Positions 36,281 to 46,319 of a DNA stretch of 64,000 nt are shown here, one piece after another. The stretch's first letter is position 1; the number at the start of each line of letters is the position of its first letter. The stretch comes from Euryarchaeota archaeon UBA121. Lineage in GTDB: Archaea; Thermoplasmatota; Poseidoniia; Poseidoniales; Thalassarchaeaceae. A program made the translations under genes and the position numbers. The DNA is taken from NCBI GenBank assembly GCA_002499865.1, contig DANL01000059.1:5460-69459 (forward strand), written 5' to 3'. Under the pieces are notes generated by a model that saw only the letters and a list, made by a program, of their open reading frames with translations, ran no database searches and had not been told where the DNA came from.

Positions 36281-36721
36281 TTGGGTAGAGGTCTTTTCTC
36301 CGGGCAGAAGATGAAGTCCGATAGGAAGAGATATCGCTGGAAGGAGCGCAAGTTTAGGGACCGACAATTCAAGCAACAGAGAGGTGGTGTCCTCAAGCAC
36401 GATCCTCTAATGGGCAGTACTCAGGCCAAGGGAATTGTAGTAGAGAAAGTCGGCTTCGAGGCCAAGCAACCTAATTCTGGAATCAGAAAAGCAGTAAAGA
36501 TAAGTCTGATCAAAACTGGTAACCGACTTACCGCTTTCGCACCCGGTGATGGCGCAATTTCATTCATTGATGAGCACGATGAGGTATTAGTCGAGGGTAT
36601 CGGAGGTAGCAAAGGACGATCTTATGGAGATATCCCCGGTGTGAGATACAAGGTCATCAAGGTAAACGGCGTTTCCTTGGACGAAATGGTTAGGGGCCGT
36701 AAAGAGAAGCCGATTAGGTAG
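36281..36721 (+). CDS. rps12: Ribosomal protein S12 (uS12)
   Basis: '[60 protein letters not shown]'. Confidence 0.95.
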   Translation: MGRGLFSGQKMKSDRKRYRWKERKFRDRQFKQQRGGVLKHDPLMGSTQAKGIVVEKVGFEAKQPNSGIRKAVKISLIKTGNRLTAFAPGDGAISFIDEHDEVLVEGIGGSKGRSYGDIPGVRYKVIKVNGVSLDEMVRGRKEKPIR

Positions 36722-36729
36722 GTATCGAG

Positions 36730-37347
36730 ATGTCCGAAGAAGTAATCCATGAAGATTCTACGGTGGAAGCACCTATTGCCGGAATCGGCACCATGGTCTT
36801 CGGAAAGTGGGACGCCACAGAAGTAACTTGCTCGGATCCTGGTCTTGCTCCCTACATCAATCTGACAACTATAGGAACACCTCATAGCGGAGGGCGACAT
36901 GCCAATGCTTGGTTCGGCAAGTCAAAGCTTTCCGTTGTTGAAAGATTCATCAATAACCTAATGAGAACGGGTAAATTCTCAGGAAAGAAGCAACATTGTG
37001 CTAAGGCATACGAAGCCGCACTAGACTCAATAAACAGTAGAACAGGAGAGAACCCCCTACAGTCATTCATTGACGCAATTGTTGAGGCATCACCATGCGA
37101 AGAAATAACCAGAATCAAGCAGGGCGCAGTAAGCACTCCTAAGGCAGTAGACTCTTCCCCTAGCAGAAGATTAGATATCGCGTTGAGAAATCTCGCAATA
37201 GGATGTACCTCTGCCACCGCTGGTAGCAAGAGAACTCTTGTTCAAGGCATAGTTAGTGAGATAACTAAGGCGGCTGAAGGAGATGTTGCAGCTTACTCCA
37301 TAGGAAAGAGAGAAGAAATCGAGCGCGTAGCCGCTTCTGCAAGATAA
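36730..37347 (+). CDS. rps7: Ribosomal protein S7 (uS7)
   Basis: S7 family. 'NNLMRTGKFSGKKQHCAKAYEAAL...' and its position between S12 and EF-2. Confidence 0.9.
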   Translation: MSEEVIHEDSTVEAPIAGIGTMVFGKWDATEVTCSDPGLAPYINLTTIGTPHSGGRHANAWFGKSKLSVVERFINNLMRTGKFSGKKQHCAKAYEAALDSINSRTGENPLQSFIDAIVEASPCEEITRIKQGAVSTPKAVDSSPSRRLDIALRNLAIGCTSATAGSKRTLVQGIVSEITKAAEGDVAAYSIGKREEIERVAASAR

Positions 37348-37438
37348 TTCTTCTGCACTCTTACGGTCATGTTTTACTTCTCCCCACAATCGGATTTATG
37401 AACCATAGTCAGGTGGACGGAACAATTGAGGAATTAGG

Positions 37439-39646
37439 ATGGGTCGTAAGGAAGACAACATCAAGAGAGCTACAGAGATAATGCATGACCGCGACCATAT
37501 CAGAAACATTGCTATTGCCGCACACATCGATCACGGTAAGACTACGCTTTCAGACAACCTGATTGCAGGTGCAGGAATGATGTCCGAAGAACTAGCAGGT
37601 AAGTCCAGGGTCCTAGATTTTGACGAGCAAGAAAGCGCTCGAGGGATCACTATCAACGCGGCAAGCGCCTCCATGGTCCACGTCGTTGATGGTCAGGACT
37701 ACCTCATTAATCTCATTGATACGCCCGGTCACGTAGATTTTGGAGGGGATGTCACTAGGGCAATGAGGGCAGTAGATGGATGCATCATTCTAGCTTGTGC
37801 CGTCGAAGGGACAATGCCCCAAACCGAGACTGTAGTTAGACAAGCATTGAAGGAAAAGGTTAGGCCTGTTCTATTCATTAACAAGGTAGACCGATTAATC
37901 AACGAGTTACAAATTGATGGGCCCGAGATGATGAGTAGGTTTGAGAAGATTATCACTAAGGTAAACAAGCTAATCTCTACATACGCCCCCGAGGATCTCG
38001 GCAAGGAATGGCAAGTTTCTGTACAGAAAGGAACAGTGGCATTTGGCTCAGCATACTACAACTGGGGAATGTCAATACCTTACATGCAGAAGAGTAACAT
38101 CAACTTCAAGCAGATTTTCGAATATTGTCACGATGATAATCAGAAAGAACTTGCAAAGCTCGCACCTGTCCACACCGTCCTACTGGACATGACAGTTGAG
38201 AAGCACCCCTCTCCCGTAGTCGCCCAGAAGTACAGAATACCAAATATCTGGCAAGGGGACTTAGATTCTGGAGTAGGTAAGGCCATGATTGAGTGTGATC
38301 CCGATGGCCCTCTATCTCTTATGATAACTAAGATATGGATGGACCCTCATGCTGGCGAGGTAGCCGTTGGTAGGGTATATTCCGGACGAATTAAGCATGG
38401 TGAATCAGTATGGGCAATAGGATCGGCAAAGGCCGAGAGAGTTCAGCAGGTCGGTATGATGGTTGGAGGGGATAGAATTTCTACCTCAGAGGTGACATCA
38501 GGAAACATCGCCGCAATTACAGGAATTAGAAGTGCGGCGGCAGGAGTTACAATTGCAAGGGAGAAAGACGCTCCTCCGTTCGAAGCGATAAGACATATCT
38601 CTGAACCCGTTGTCACTGTTGCAGTAGAACCGAAGTCAATGAAGGACTTGCCCAAGTTCATCGATGCACTTAGGGGGCTTGCGAAGGCAGATGCATCACT
38701 AGAAGTGTCTACTAACCAAGAGACCGGTGAGGCTTTACTCGCTGGAATGGGTGAGTTGCACCTTGAGATTACTGTTTACAGACTAGAAGAAGAGCAAGGG
38801 ATCAAGGTCAAGGTCAGCGAGCCAATTGTCGTCTACAGGGAATCTGTTCAGTCAGATAACAAAGGAAGGCCCTTCGAAGGAAAGTCTCCCAACAGGCACA
38901 ACAGATTCTATGTCGAGGCAGAGCCCCTCCCTGATATTGTAGTCGAGAAACTAAGAGCTGGTGAATTCAGAGATGGTACTGTCAGGTCCAAAGATGCAAA
39001 GGAAATAGGCGATCAATTCGCTGAGCTAGGCATGAACAAGGACTTGATGAGGAAGATATACGCTATCAATGGGACAAACGTGCTTGTTAATGACACCAAG
39101 GGAATCCAGAATCTTCATGAGACTAGGGAGCTAATCATAGATGGATTCAATGATGTCTGTAAGAAGGGCCCAGTTGCTGATGAGCCTCTAATGGGAGTCA
39201 TGGTAAGGCTTGTTGACGCCAAACTACACGAGGACGCCATCCACAGGGGACCAGCTCAAACCATTCCCGCAGTCAGGAACGCTGTTAAGGGAGCTTTCAT
39301 GAGATCAAGACCGGTAATTTTCGAACCGATTCAGAAAATCCAGATAGACTCTCCCAACGACGTGATAGGCGGTGTTACCAGGGAAGTCTCTACAAGAAGG
39401 GGAATAATCGAGGACATGCCAGTCGAGGACGGAGTTACTAAGGTAATTGGTACGATCCCCGTCGCTGAGACATTCGGATTCTCCAACGATATTAGGGCCG
39501 CAAGCCAAGGAAGGGCCATTTGGAATATGGAAAATGCTGGCTTCGTTCACTTACCACCTAATCTGTATGAGAAGGTTACAGCCGAGATTAGGGAAAGAAA
39601 GGGACTGAAGCCGGAAATTCCAGGTGAGACTCACTATCAGGACTAG
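37439..39646 (+). CDS. fusA: Elongation factor 2 (aEF-2)
   Basis: 'NIAIAAHIDHGKTTLSDNL', 'DTPGHVDF', 'NKVDR'. 735 aa with a diphthamide-loop His region near the C-terminus. Confidence 0.95.
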   Translation: MGRKEDNIKRATEIMHDRDHIRNIAIAAHIDHGKTTLSDNLIAGAGMMSEELAGKSRVLDFDEQESARGITINAASASMVHVVDGQDYLINLIDTPGHVDFGGDVTRAMRAVDGCIILACAVEGTMPQTETVVRQALKEKVRPVLFINKVDRLINELQIDGPEMMSRFEKIITKVNKLISTYAPEDLGKEWQVSVQKGTVAFGSAYYNWGMSIPYMQKSNINFKQIFEYCHDDNQKELAKLAPVHTVLLDMTVEKHPSPVVAQKYRIPNIWQGDLDSGVGKAMIECDPDGPLSLMITKIWMDPHAGEVAVGRVYSGRIKHGESVWAIGSAKAERVQQVGMMVGGDRISTSEVTSGNIAAITGIRSAAAGVTIAREKDAPPFEAIRHISEPVVTVAVEPKSMKDLPKFIDALRGLAKADASLEVSTNQETGEALLAGMGELHLEITVYRLEEEQGIKVKVSEPIVVYRESVQSDNKGRPFEGKSPNRHNRFYVEAEPLPDIVVEKLRAGEFRDGTVRSKDAKEIGDQFAELGMNKDLMRKIYAINGTNVLVNDTKGIQNLHETRELIIDGFNDVCKKGPVADEPLMGVMVRLVDAKLHEDAIHRGPAQTIPAVRNAVKGAFMRSRPVIFEPIQKIQIDSPNDVIGGVTREVSTRRGIIEDMPVEDGVTKVIGTIPVAETFGFSNDIRAASQGRAIWNMENAGFVHLPPNLYEKVTAEIRERKGLKPEIPGETHYQD

Positions 39647-39647
39647 A

Positions 39648-41378
39648 TCAATTAATCCTGACTAACTGGAAATCAGTCATTTCCCTAAGAATTTTCAGTG
39701 ATTCTGACTCTTCCAGTATATCGAGGCATGAATGAGCCTTAGAATGGTGAAACATTGCCCTGTCTTTGGCATATTTTATGGAATCGTTATCATGCAGTTC
39801 CTGAACGGCTTCAGCGAGTAAATCCGGAGAGCACTCTCCAGAGCCATATGCCTTAGTGAAAGAAGGCAGATGATTCCCTGAGTCCAGAGCGTGAATAGCA
39901 ATCAGAGTTCTTTTTCCTTGCAATATATCTGATCCTGCAGGCTTTCCAAGAGTTTCAGTATCGCCAGTGATATCAATCAAATCGTCCATCAGCTGGAAAC
40001 ATAGTCCCATGTTCAGTCCCCATTCAGCTAGAGATTTTACAACCTCCTCGGATGCTCCGGAAAGCTTTGCGCCGGTCATCGCACATGTCTCGAACATTGC
40101 TGAGGTCTTTCCAGCGATCATCTCTATGTACTCATCTTCAGAGACGACTTCTCTTTTCTCAAACTCCATATCGATCATCTGTCCTTCAGCGACTCTTCTA
40201 ACCATCTCTCCAATAGACTTCACCAAGAACACTAGGTCATCAGAGGCAATATGCTCGGATTCGGCTAAAATCTCAAACGCCACAGCTAGCATTGCATCGC
40301 CTGCATTTATCGCTGTAGCATCGTCATATGCCACATGAACAGCGTCCAAACCCCTTCTGATTGGGTCCTGATCCATGATGTCATCATGTACTAGGGTAAA
40401 ATTATGAATTATCTCTATAGACGCACCTAGGGTATTATGCCCAGGATTCGATCCACCAACGGCATCTCCTACAAGTTTAGGCATTATTGCCCTGAGCCTC
40501 TTCCCGCCTCCAGTGAATAGGTGCTTCATAGCACCGTGTAGCCTCTCTTGCTTAATCTTAGACAAACTAGAAAGAATCTCATTCTCCACGATTTCTCTAT
40601 GTTCCTTTAATGCGCTCATCAATGAAGAACCCGGGGAAAACTGCTCACCTTCTATCGAAACTTCTCCGAATATAACAACCCCATCTCTTTCCTTAATATC
40701 ATCAAAATGTGGATACTGTTCTGCGAGAAACTCTCTCCAAAGTAGTCTAAACCATGGAGCCACAATTTCCCCTTCCCACTCACCAGAACCCTCCATTACC
40801 TGTCTAATTCCTTCAGGCCCAATCCACTTGTGGCCTGAAATCTCATTCTCATTAGGAAAAATCTCCAATGAATCCACTCTTGTAATCAAAACATGGTCTA
40901 CTTCGTTCTCTAACCATTCTTCATTCCATCTGCACTTATACTGAAAAGAACCAAGATGGGAGAATTCCATAGAGTTTGCAATATCTTGATCTATTCCCAA
41001 CTCCTGGGGAAGCTTCCTCTTCGCCGCATTAATACAGCCCTGTATCGGGTCCCCATTCTCTCCTTCAATATCTAACGGATGGCTACAACAACTATTTGCC
41101 CAAATTCCAGGAAATGTGATTTTATCATGAGATCTCTGTTGAATCAACAATCTATTATCGGAATCGAATATTAGGACACTGAATGCCCTATGAAGCAGAC
41201 CTTCTTCATTGTGACAGACTAATTTACTCTCGGATCCAATCATATTATCTTCTAGATCAACTAGAATACAACGCTCAGCCATCATCTCGGCCTGCGAGTT
41301 ATCATACCCAGAGAGAGCGTTGGCACCATCAGCCATGACATTCCGAGAAACCTTCGACATATAACAGAATCCAATCAT
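39648..41378 (-). CDS. Fusion protein: type-1 isopentenyl-diphosphate isomerase (Nudix-fold IDI1) N-terminal domain + geranylgeranyl/polyprenyl diphosphate synthase C-terminal domain
   Basis: The N-terminal part has 'HRAFSVLIFDSDNRLLIQQRSHDKITFPGIWANSCCSHP' (IDI1 signature). The C-terminal part has FARM 'LVHDDIMDQD' and SARM 'FQLMDDLID' polyprenyl synthase motifs. Both lie in one 576-aa reading frame. Confidence 0.85.
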   Translation of the reverse strand: MIGFCYMSKVSRNVMADGANALSGYDNSQAEMMAERCILVDLEDNMIGSESKLVCHNEEGLLHRAFSVLIFDSDNRLLIQQRSHDKITFPGIWANSCCSHPLDIEGENGDPIQGCINAAKRKLPQELGIDQDIANSMEFSHLGSFQYKCRWNEEWLENEVDHVLITRVDSLEIFPNENEISGHKWIGPEGIRQVMEGSGEWEGEIVAPWFRLLWREFLAEQYPHFDDIKERDGVVIFGEVSIEGEQFSPGSSLMSALKEHREIVENEILSSLSKIKQERLHGAMKHLFTGGGKRLRAIMPKLVGDAVGGSNPGHNTLGASIEIIHNFTLVHDDIMDQDPIRRGLDAVHVAYDDATAINAGDAMLAVAFEILAESEHIASDDLVFLVKSIGEMVRRVAEGQMIDMEFEKREVVSEDEYIEMIAGKTSAMFETCAMTGAKLSGASEEVVKSLAEWGLNMGLCFQLMDDLIDITGDTETLGKPAGSDILQGKRTLIAIHALDSGNHLPSFTKAYGSGECSPDLLAEAVQELHDNDSIKYAKDRAMFHHSKAHSCLDILEESESLKILREMTDFQLVRIN

Positions 41379-42169
41379 CCAAGTATTTTGGTACCAATGG
41401 TGGAGCCCTCATCTAGAAGCTGACTGATTCTTTCTGGGTGATTTCCATTAATGAACCAAACTTCATCAACGCCTCTTGATATCTGAGAAGCTCTAGACGC
41501 CTTCAACTCAATTCCCCCCGTAACGTCCTGTTCGGAATTGTGCGAAGTCTCAATATGTTCCTCAGCACTCCAAACCGGCATGAGTCTTGATCCGTCTATA
41601 TTTGGTGGTAAATTCATCATCCCATCTACGTCTCCTAGTAGGAAGATAGAATGTGTCACTGAAGGTATTTCAAGTGATATCCTAGCCATCAAATCATCTC
41701 CTGAAAGTATGCCAAACTCTGCTCCTCCGCTAACCCTGACAACATCTCCAAAGGATACTGGAACGATGTCTTTGGGCGTATTCTCGAAGATATCCAAGTC
41801 CCCAATGAAGCTCCTCCCTGTTTCCTTAGCCCACACTGAAGGTGGGAAAACCGCAAATTCGACTCCAAAACTCTTCAAAGAATCTGTCACATATCCACAT
41901 AGCTCTGCCATGTCCGACCTAACTTTTACTACTGCATCACGTTGTTGCTCTGAAATTTCATCAACAACACCTGCCGCTAAAGACCACTTCTTGGCAAGTA
42001 GGTGTCCAAATGAACCGGCTCCGTGGATTAGTATTACTGAATGTCCATTTGCAATTATCTTCGAAATCTCACTGCATATGGAGTCAATAACTCCTTTTTT
42101 GGCAGTTTTAAATGAGGATTTATCCGTGATAAGCCCCCCTCCCAACTTCATTACTACCTTCGCGGCCAT
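41375..42169 (-). CDS. ipk: Isopentenyl phosphate kinase (amino-acid-kinase fold)
   Basis: 'VVMKLGGGLITDK', 'ILIHGAGSFGH', 'ILSGDDL', 'DVTGGIELK' match the IPK motifs (KLGGS, HGGGSFGH, ISGDD, DVTGGM). Confidence 0.8.
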   Translation of the reverse strand: MAAKVVMKLGGGLITDKSSFKTAKKGVIDSICSEISKIIANGHSVILIHGAGSFGHLLAKKWSLAAGVVDEISEQQRDAVVKVRSDMAELCGYVTDSLKSFGVEFAVFPPSVWAKETGRSFIGDLDIFENTPKDIVPVSFGDVVRVSGGAEFGILSGDDLMARISLEIPSVTHSIFLLGDVDGMMNLPPNIDGSRLMPVWSAEEHIETSHNSEQDVTGGIELKASRASQISRGVDEVWFINGNHPERISQLLDEGSTIGTKILG

Positions 42170-42233
42170 GTAGGTCTGAGGTACTGGTTAGATTTGGGTT
42201 CTCCTATCGTATTATTGAAAGGTTCATTTCTTA

Positions 42234-42581
42234 TTGGGGTTTGGAAGATATATGTCCGACGCCGGGGAAATCGAAATCTTTCAGAGGTGGCTTCAGTCTA
42301 AGCTAGTTGCTACACAGCATATCGAGGATCCTGTCGAGAGGGATAGGAGAAGATCGCATATCGAATCTGCGATATCCGAAGCAATATATTTTAGAGAGTC
42401 TTTAGAGAAATTAGAGTCTCTTGAATCACCCGCCCCATTCATTGAGAGGAGCTCCTCTGTAAGGTCGATAGACAGTAGGGAACATGCTGTCTCTACCAAA
42501 GATGGCAAGAAATGCGTCAAATGCTCCGCTGATTTAGTAGAGGATCTCAGTTTCTGTCCTATCTGTGGAGAAGAGAATTAA
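42234..42581 (+). CDS. Small hypothetical protein with C-terminal zinc ribbon
   Basis: 115 aa ending 'CVKCSADLVEDLSFCPICGEEN'. Confidence 0.4.
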   Translation: MGFGRYMSDAGEIEIFQRWLQSKLVATQHIEDPVERDRRRSHIESAISEAIYFRESLEKLESLESPAPFIERSSSVRSIDSREHAVSTKDGKKCVKCSADLVEDLSFCPICGEEN

Positions 42582-43424
42582 CTACTCTTCTTCATCCCAC
42601 TTTGCCCTAGCTAGTTGGAACTCTGGATCATCATCTGGTAGTATACTAAGATATTCGCCAGCTACTGAGTCTACCAAGTAAACGGTGACTCCTGCGTGCC
42701 AAACTGTCTCTCCTGATGCGACCATGGATGCAGTATCTACCTCCAATATAGTAGGTCTACTGTGATGGACTTTACCGGCTTCAGCAGCCGATCTGACTGT
42801 AGCTGAAAGATGGACATGGGATCTTCCACTAGGTGAAATGCCCACCTCAAGAAGATTGTCCGCCTCTTCCGGGGAGCAGGGATAGAAAAGAGAAGGGGGG
42901 ATGTTATCAGTTGGAAGATCCAACTCAATTTCTAAACTATGGCCGTAAGTAGCTCTGATTACATTGCCTCTGACTTCGTATCGTCCCTTGGGATCGGTCT
43001 CTGAAATTGCCCTGAAGTGATGTGGCCTCAACCAATGATATCTTCTCTCATTTGACTTCTTAAATTGCCTTATGATGTCCTTGATATCTATCCAGCCATT
43101 GATATCCATCTCCAAATCAAACTTTTCAGGAGCGTGCCTAAGTGCTAATGCTAACCTTCTCGCTAGTGAATCTCTTTCATTCCCCCTCATGATGAACTTC
43201 CCCTCTGAATTACACGCAGGGCATAGGTCATCATCCGAGAAATATCCGTGTATGCTGCACTCTCTAATCATATTATCAGGTGAGCCAGTTGAAGCCTTCT
43301 CATGAACCTCTCGGTCGACAATGTTCCAATGTTCCCACCGCCAAGGGTTATTTTCTCCTATGCCTCCCGAGACATGTGAGAGCGGTAATTGTCGATTGGA
43401 TGAGGAGCCCTTTCCATCGGGCAC
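42582..43424 (-). CDS. kptA: RNA 2'-phosphotransferase KptA/Tpt1 with N-terminal zinc-ribbon extension
   Basis: 'RLALALRHAPEKFDLEMDINGWIDIKD', 'RATYGHSLEIELD', 'HVHLSATV'. The N-terminus carries 'CSIHGYFSDDDLCPACNSEG'. An internal Met 'MIREC' at 43271 is a likelier start than the track start 43424. Confidence 0.8.
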   Translation of the reverse strand: MPDGKGSSSNRQLPLSHVSGGIGENNPWRWEHWNIVDREVHEKASTGSPDNMIRECSIHGYFSDDDLCPACNSEGKFIMRGNERDSLARRLALALRHAPEKFDLEMDINGWIDIKDIIRQFKKSNERRYHWLRPHHFRAISETDPKGRYEVRGNVIRATYGHSLEIELDLPTDNIPPSLFYPCSPEEADNLLEVGISPSGRSHVHLSATVRSAAEAGKVHHSRPTILEVDTASMVASGETVWHAGVTVYLVDSVAGEYLSILPDDDPEFQLARAKWDEEE

Positions 43425-44506
43425 ACAAGGGAAAGCTGTCAGAAACTCGCCCCGATGAATTACTTGGGCAAGTTACGAAGTCATTGCTGGATAGGAACCC
43501 CATCAACCTAGGCGATATTGATGATATCATAGTAGGTTGTGCATACCCTGAAGGTGAACAGGGATACAATATAGGTAGACTAGTTACGTTTCTCGGCGGA
43601 ATTCCCGACAAAGTCCCTGGGATGACCATCAATAGGCTATGTGGTTCATCTATGCAGGCTATACTCGTTGCAGCCTCAAATATTGAGAGTGGTTGGGGGG
43701 ATTGCTTTCTATGCGGAGGCATAGAGTCAATGAGTAGAATCAAGAGAAGGGGGTTCAATTGGAGCCCACATCCTGATCTCGAGAGAGAATTTCCAGACGC
43801 TTACATAAATATGGGGATAACCGCAGAGAATGTCGCCGAAAAGTGGAAAATTTCTAGAGATTCACAAGAAGAATTTGCCCTAGATTCGCACATGAAATCA
43901 ATCCATGCAAGGGATAACGGATACTTCAAAACTGAGATTTGTCCAATTACTACAGACGATGCCGTGATTGACGAAGATGGTTGTATAAGGGAAACATCCT
44001 TGGAATCAATGTCCAAACTAAATCCAGTATTCAGAGACAATGGTTCAGTAACGGCTGCTACTTCCTCGCCCTTGACAGACGGGGCAGTATGTATGCTTGT
44101 ATGTAGCTCCGAATTTGCTGAAAAGAATGGATTAGAAACATTAGCGAGAATAGTCACCAGTGCAGTAACTGGATGCTCCCCCAATATGATGGGAATAGGA
44201 CCTATATCATCCACTCGAAAAGCTCTCGAACGTTCAGGATGGACTATTGACGATATTGATGTTTTCGAAATCAATGAGGCCTTCTCCTCGCAAAGTATAG
44301 CCGTGATTAATGAATTGTCGATTGACTATCAGAAAGTAAATATCGACGGAGGTGCCATTTCAATAGGCCATCCTCTTGGAGCATCCGGGGCGAGAATTGT
44401 TGGAAAGGCCGCATCCATACTAGACAGAACCAATTCGGATAGGGCATTAGCGACAATGTGTATAGGTGGGGGAATGGGCATCACAATCGCACTGGAGAGG
44501 CCTTAG
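43375..44506 (+). CDS. Acetyl-CoA C-acetyltransferase (thiolase)
   Basis: 'NRLCGSSMQAILVAASNIESG' (active-site Cys loop) and a C-terminal 'CIGGGMGIT' motif. A GTG at 43375 gives 'VRAVIVDW...', the usual thiolase N-terminus; ATG 43400 is an alternative. The track start 43280 over-extends into kptA. Confidence 0.85.
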
Positions 44507-45060
44507 AGAACAAGCCTGCCGTCACACTCCGGACACTTATCATCTTCAGTGAGTAGGGAAGGTATCACTGCTAATATGCTGGAACAATGAGGGCATGTTG
44601 CCATTACCTCCTGATCCGCCAGATCAATATTTTCAAAGCTATTTCTTCCCTCAAACCATCTTCTGAATGAGACGTTGTTAAGTGGCTTTATCCTTCTGAC
44701 TGAGGAAATACCGAGAAGGACGTACAAAGCTCCCACAATAGCAGAGGGACCCATTAACATTACCAGGAAACCTTCGAACATGAAGCAAATTCCCAATGCA
44801 CCTAGGGAAATTGTGGATAAGAAGATGCCAGGGCTCCTACGAAGACGCAGTAAAACGGCACCAGTAATCGATACAGGCAACAAAATCATACCAAATATCA
44901 TTGGAAAAATGAAAAATATTGATCTGTCGTACGGCAAGCTCAGGATTACGAGAAGTTGAACTATGGCGAGCATGACAAGTAGAAAAGAAACATGGCGAGT
45001 TACAGAAAACATACCCCGAGTCATAGTAGTCTCAAACATTCGCGGGAGCGACGCACTCAT
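44503..45060 (-). CDS. Hypothetical 4-TM membrane protein with C-terminal zinc ribbon
   Basis: Hydrophobic core plus 'CPHCSSILAVIPSLLTEDDKCPECDG'. Confidence 0.45.
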   Translation of the reverse strand: MSASLPRMFETTMTRGMFSVTRHVSFLLVMLAIVQLLVILSLPYDRSIFFIFPMIFGMILLPVSITGAVLLRLRRSPGIFLSTISLGALGICFMFEGFLVMLMGPSAIVGALYVLLGISSVRRIKPLNNVSFRRWFEGRNSFENIDLADQEVMATCPHCSSILAVIPSLLTEDDKCPECDGRLVL

Positions 45061-45083
45061 GAATCACTCGGCAATCGGAAGTC

Positions 45084-46271
45084 ATGGTCGGAGACACTGG
45101 CGTCAGTCAACTTAGCAACTCTCTGGTTGGTCGCAAGGTCCTGTTGGCAGTAACCGGAGGGATAGCGGCAGTGGAATCTATCAAACTTTGTCGAGAGCTC
45201 AGAAGACACGGTGCACATGTTTCCCCCATGATGACTAAGGAGGCTACTAAGGTAATTACTCCGCTAGCACTATCATGGGGTTCGAATAGTGATATCATAT
45301 CTAATTGGGACTCCTCTATGTCACAATTAGATGACTATGACGGAATCATTGTCGCCCCTGCAACTAGGAATACAATTTCTAAGCATCTGAATGGAATTAT
45401 TGACTCTCCAGTGATGATGGCCCTTTCGGCAGCTAGGGGAAAAGATACGCCATTAATTTTCGTTCCTTCCATGCATTCAGACCTCTTTGATGACCCAGTT
45501 ACTAGTGAAATTCTTTCTCAATTATCGTCAGAAGGATCACATGTTATTATTGACCATGAGAAAGAGGGAAAAAGAAAGCAACCAAGTCACATCAGGATAG
45601 TTGCAGAATTCAGCAACATCATCAATTCCGACCTTCCCAATAGAAAGAGGATAGCAATTACTCTGGGTTCTAATCTTGCACCTATAGATGATGTTCGTAG
45701 CATAATCAATCATTCCTCAGGAACAACAGGTTGGTCAATATCAGAATACCTATACAGAATGGGTCATGATGTTTTCTGCTTAGCTGGTCGTACGAGCTAT
45801 TATCCTAATTTCAATCTACCAAAAGTAAAATACGCCGAGCATCCAATAGAAATGCTAGATGAAGCAGTCAAAATCTCCTCATCCTTTTCACCAGAAGTTT
45901 GGATTTTTTCCGCCGCAGTACTAGATTATCTCCCCGATTCTTTCCAAAGTAAGATACCAAGCTCCAAAGAAGGAATACAAATTAATCTGACTCCCACACA
46001 GAAGCATATTCCTAAAATATTGAAGGCAACAGGCCAATGCTACTCGATTGGATTTAAGTTAGAAAGTAATGTAGATTTGGAACAACTATTGGAAAGGGCC
46101 TCCTCACAAATATCCCGATATTCTATGGATGCCGTTGTTGCAAATAGATTAGAGGATCTTGACAATCCTGATTCTCCTAGGGCATGGTTACTAGATTCTA
46201 ATGGAAAAAGCACTGAGATGCCAAATCTTACTTCTCTTTGTGAGATGATCGAGTCCTTAATGGCAAATTAA
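45084..46271 (+). CDS. coaBC: Bifunctional phosphopantothenoylcysteine decarboxylase / phosphopantothenate-cysteine ligase (CoaBC/Dfp)
   Basis: N-terminal flavoprotein 'KVLLAVTGGIAAVESIKLCRELRRHGAHV' and CoaB part 'INHSSGTTG'. The region is AT-rich. Confidence 0.8.
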   Translation: MVGDTGVSQLSNSLVGRKVLLAVTGGIAAVESIKLCRELRRHGAHVSPMMTKEATKVITPLALSWGSNSDIISNWDSSMSQLDDYDGIIVAPATRNTISKHLNGIIDSPVMMALSAARGKDTPLIFVPSMHSDLFDDPVTSEILSQLSSEGSHVIIDHEKEGKRKQPSHIRIVAEFSNIINSDLPNRKRIAITLGSNLAPIDDVRSIINHSSGTTGWSISEYLYRMGHDVFCLAGRTSYYPNFNLPKVKYAEHPIEMLDEAVKISSSFSPEVWIFSAAVLDYLPDSFQSKIPSSKEGIQINLTPTQKHIPKILKATGQCYSIGFKLESNVDLEQLLERASSQISRYSMDAVVANRLEDLDNPDSPRAWLLDSNGKSTEMPNLTSLCEMIESLMAN

Positions 46272-46319
46272 CGGCTCCATGATACGAATTATTCAAACCA
46301 GTCCCGCACACGGCGATAC

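Noticed and set aside
39967-40944. 123-aa and 143-aa plus-strand ORFs inside the IDI-GGPPS fusion gene
   Set aside because: Shadow ORFs. The minus strand carries unambiguous DDxxD prenyl synthase and IDI1 motifs.
41538-42173. 211-aa plus-strand ORF antisense to isopentenyl phosphate kinase
   Set aside because: The minus-strand frame has clear IPK motifs. The antisense frame is Ser/Thr/Pro-rich with no recognisable family, so it is a typical shadow ORF.
43280-43374. ORF-track start of the thiolase at 43280 (MSQLKPSHEPLGRQCSN...)
   Set aside because: This N-terminal extension is not thiolase-like and lies inside the kptA coding region on the other strand. The GTG at 43375 restores the conserved 'RAVIVDW' N-terminus.
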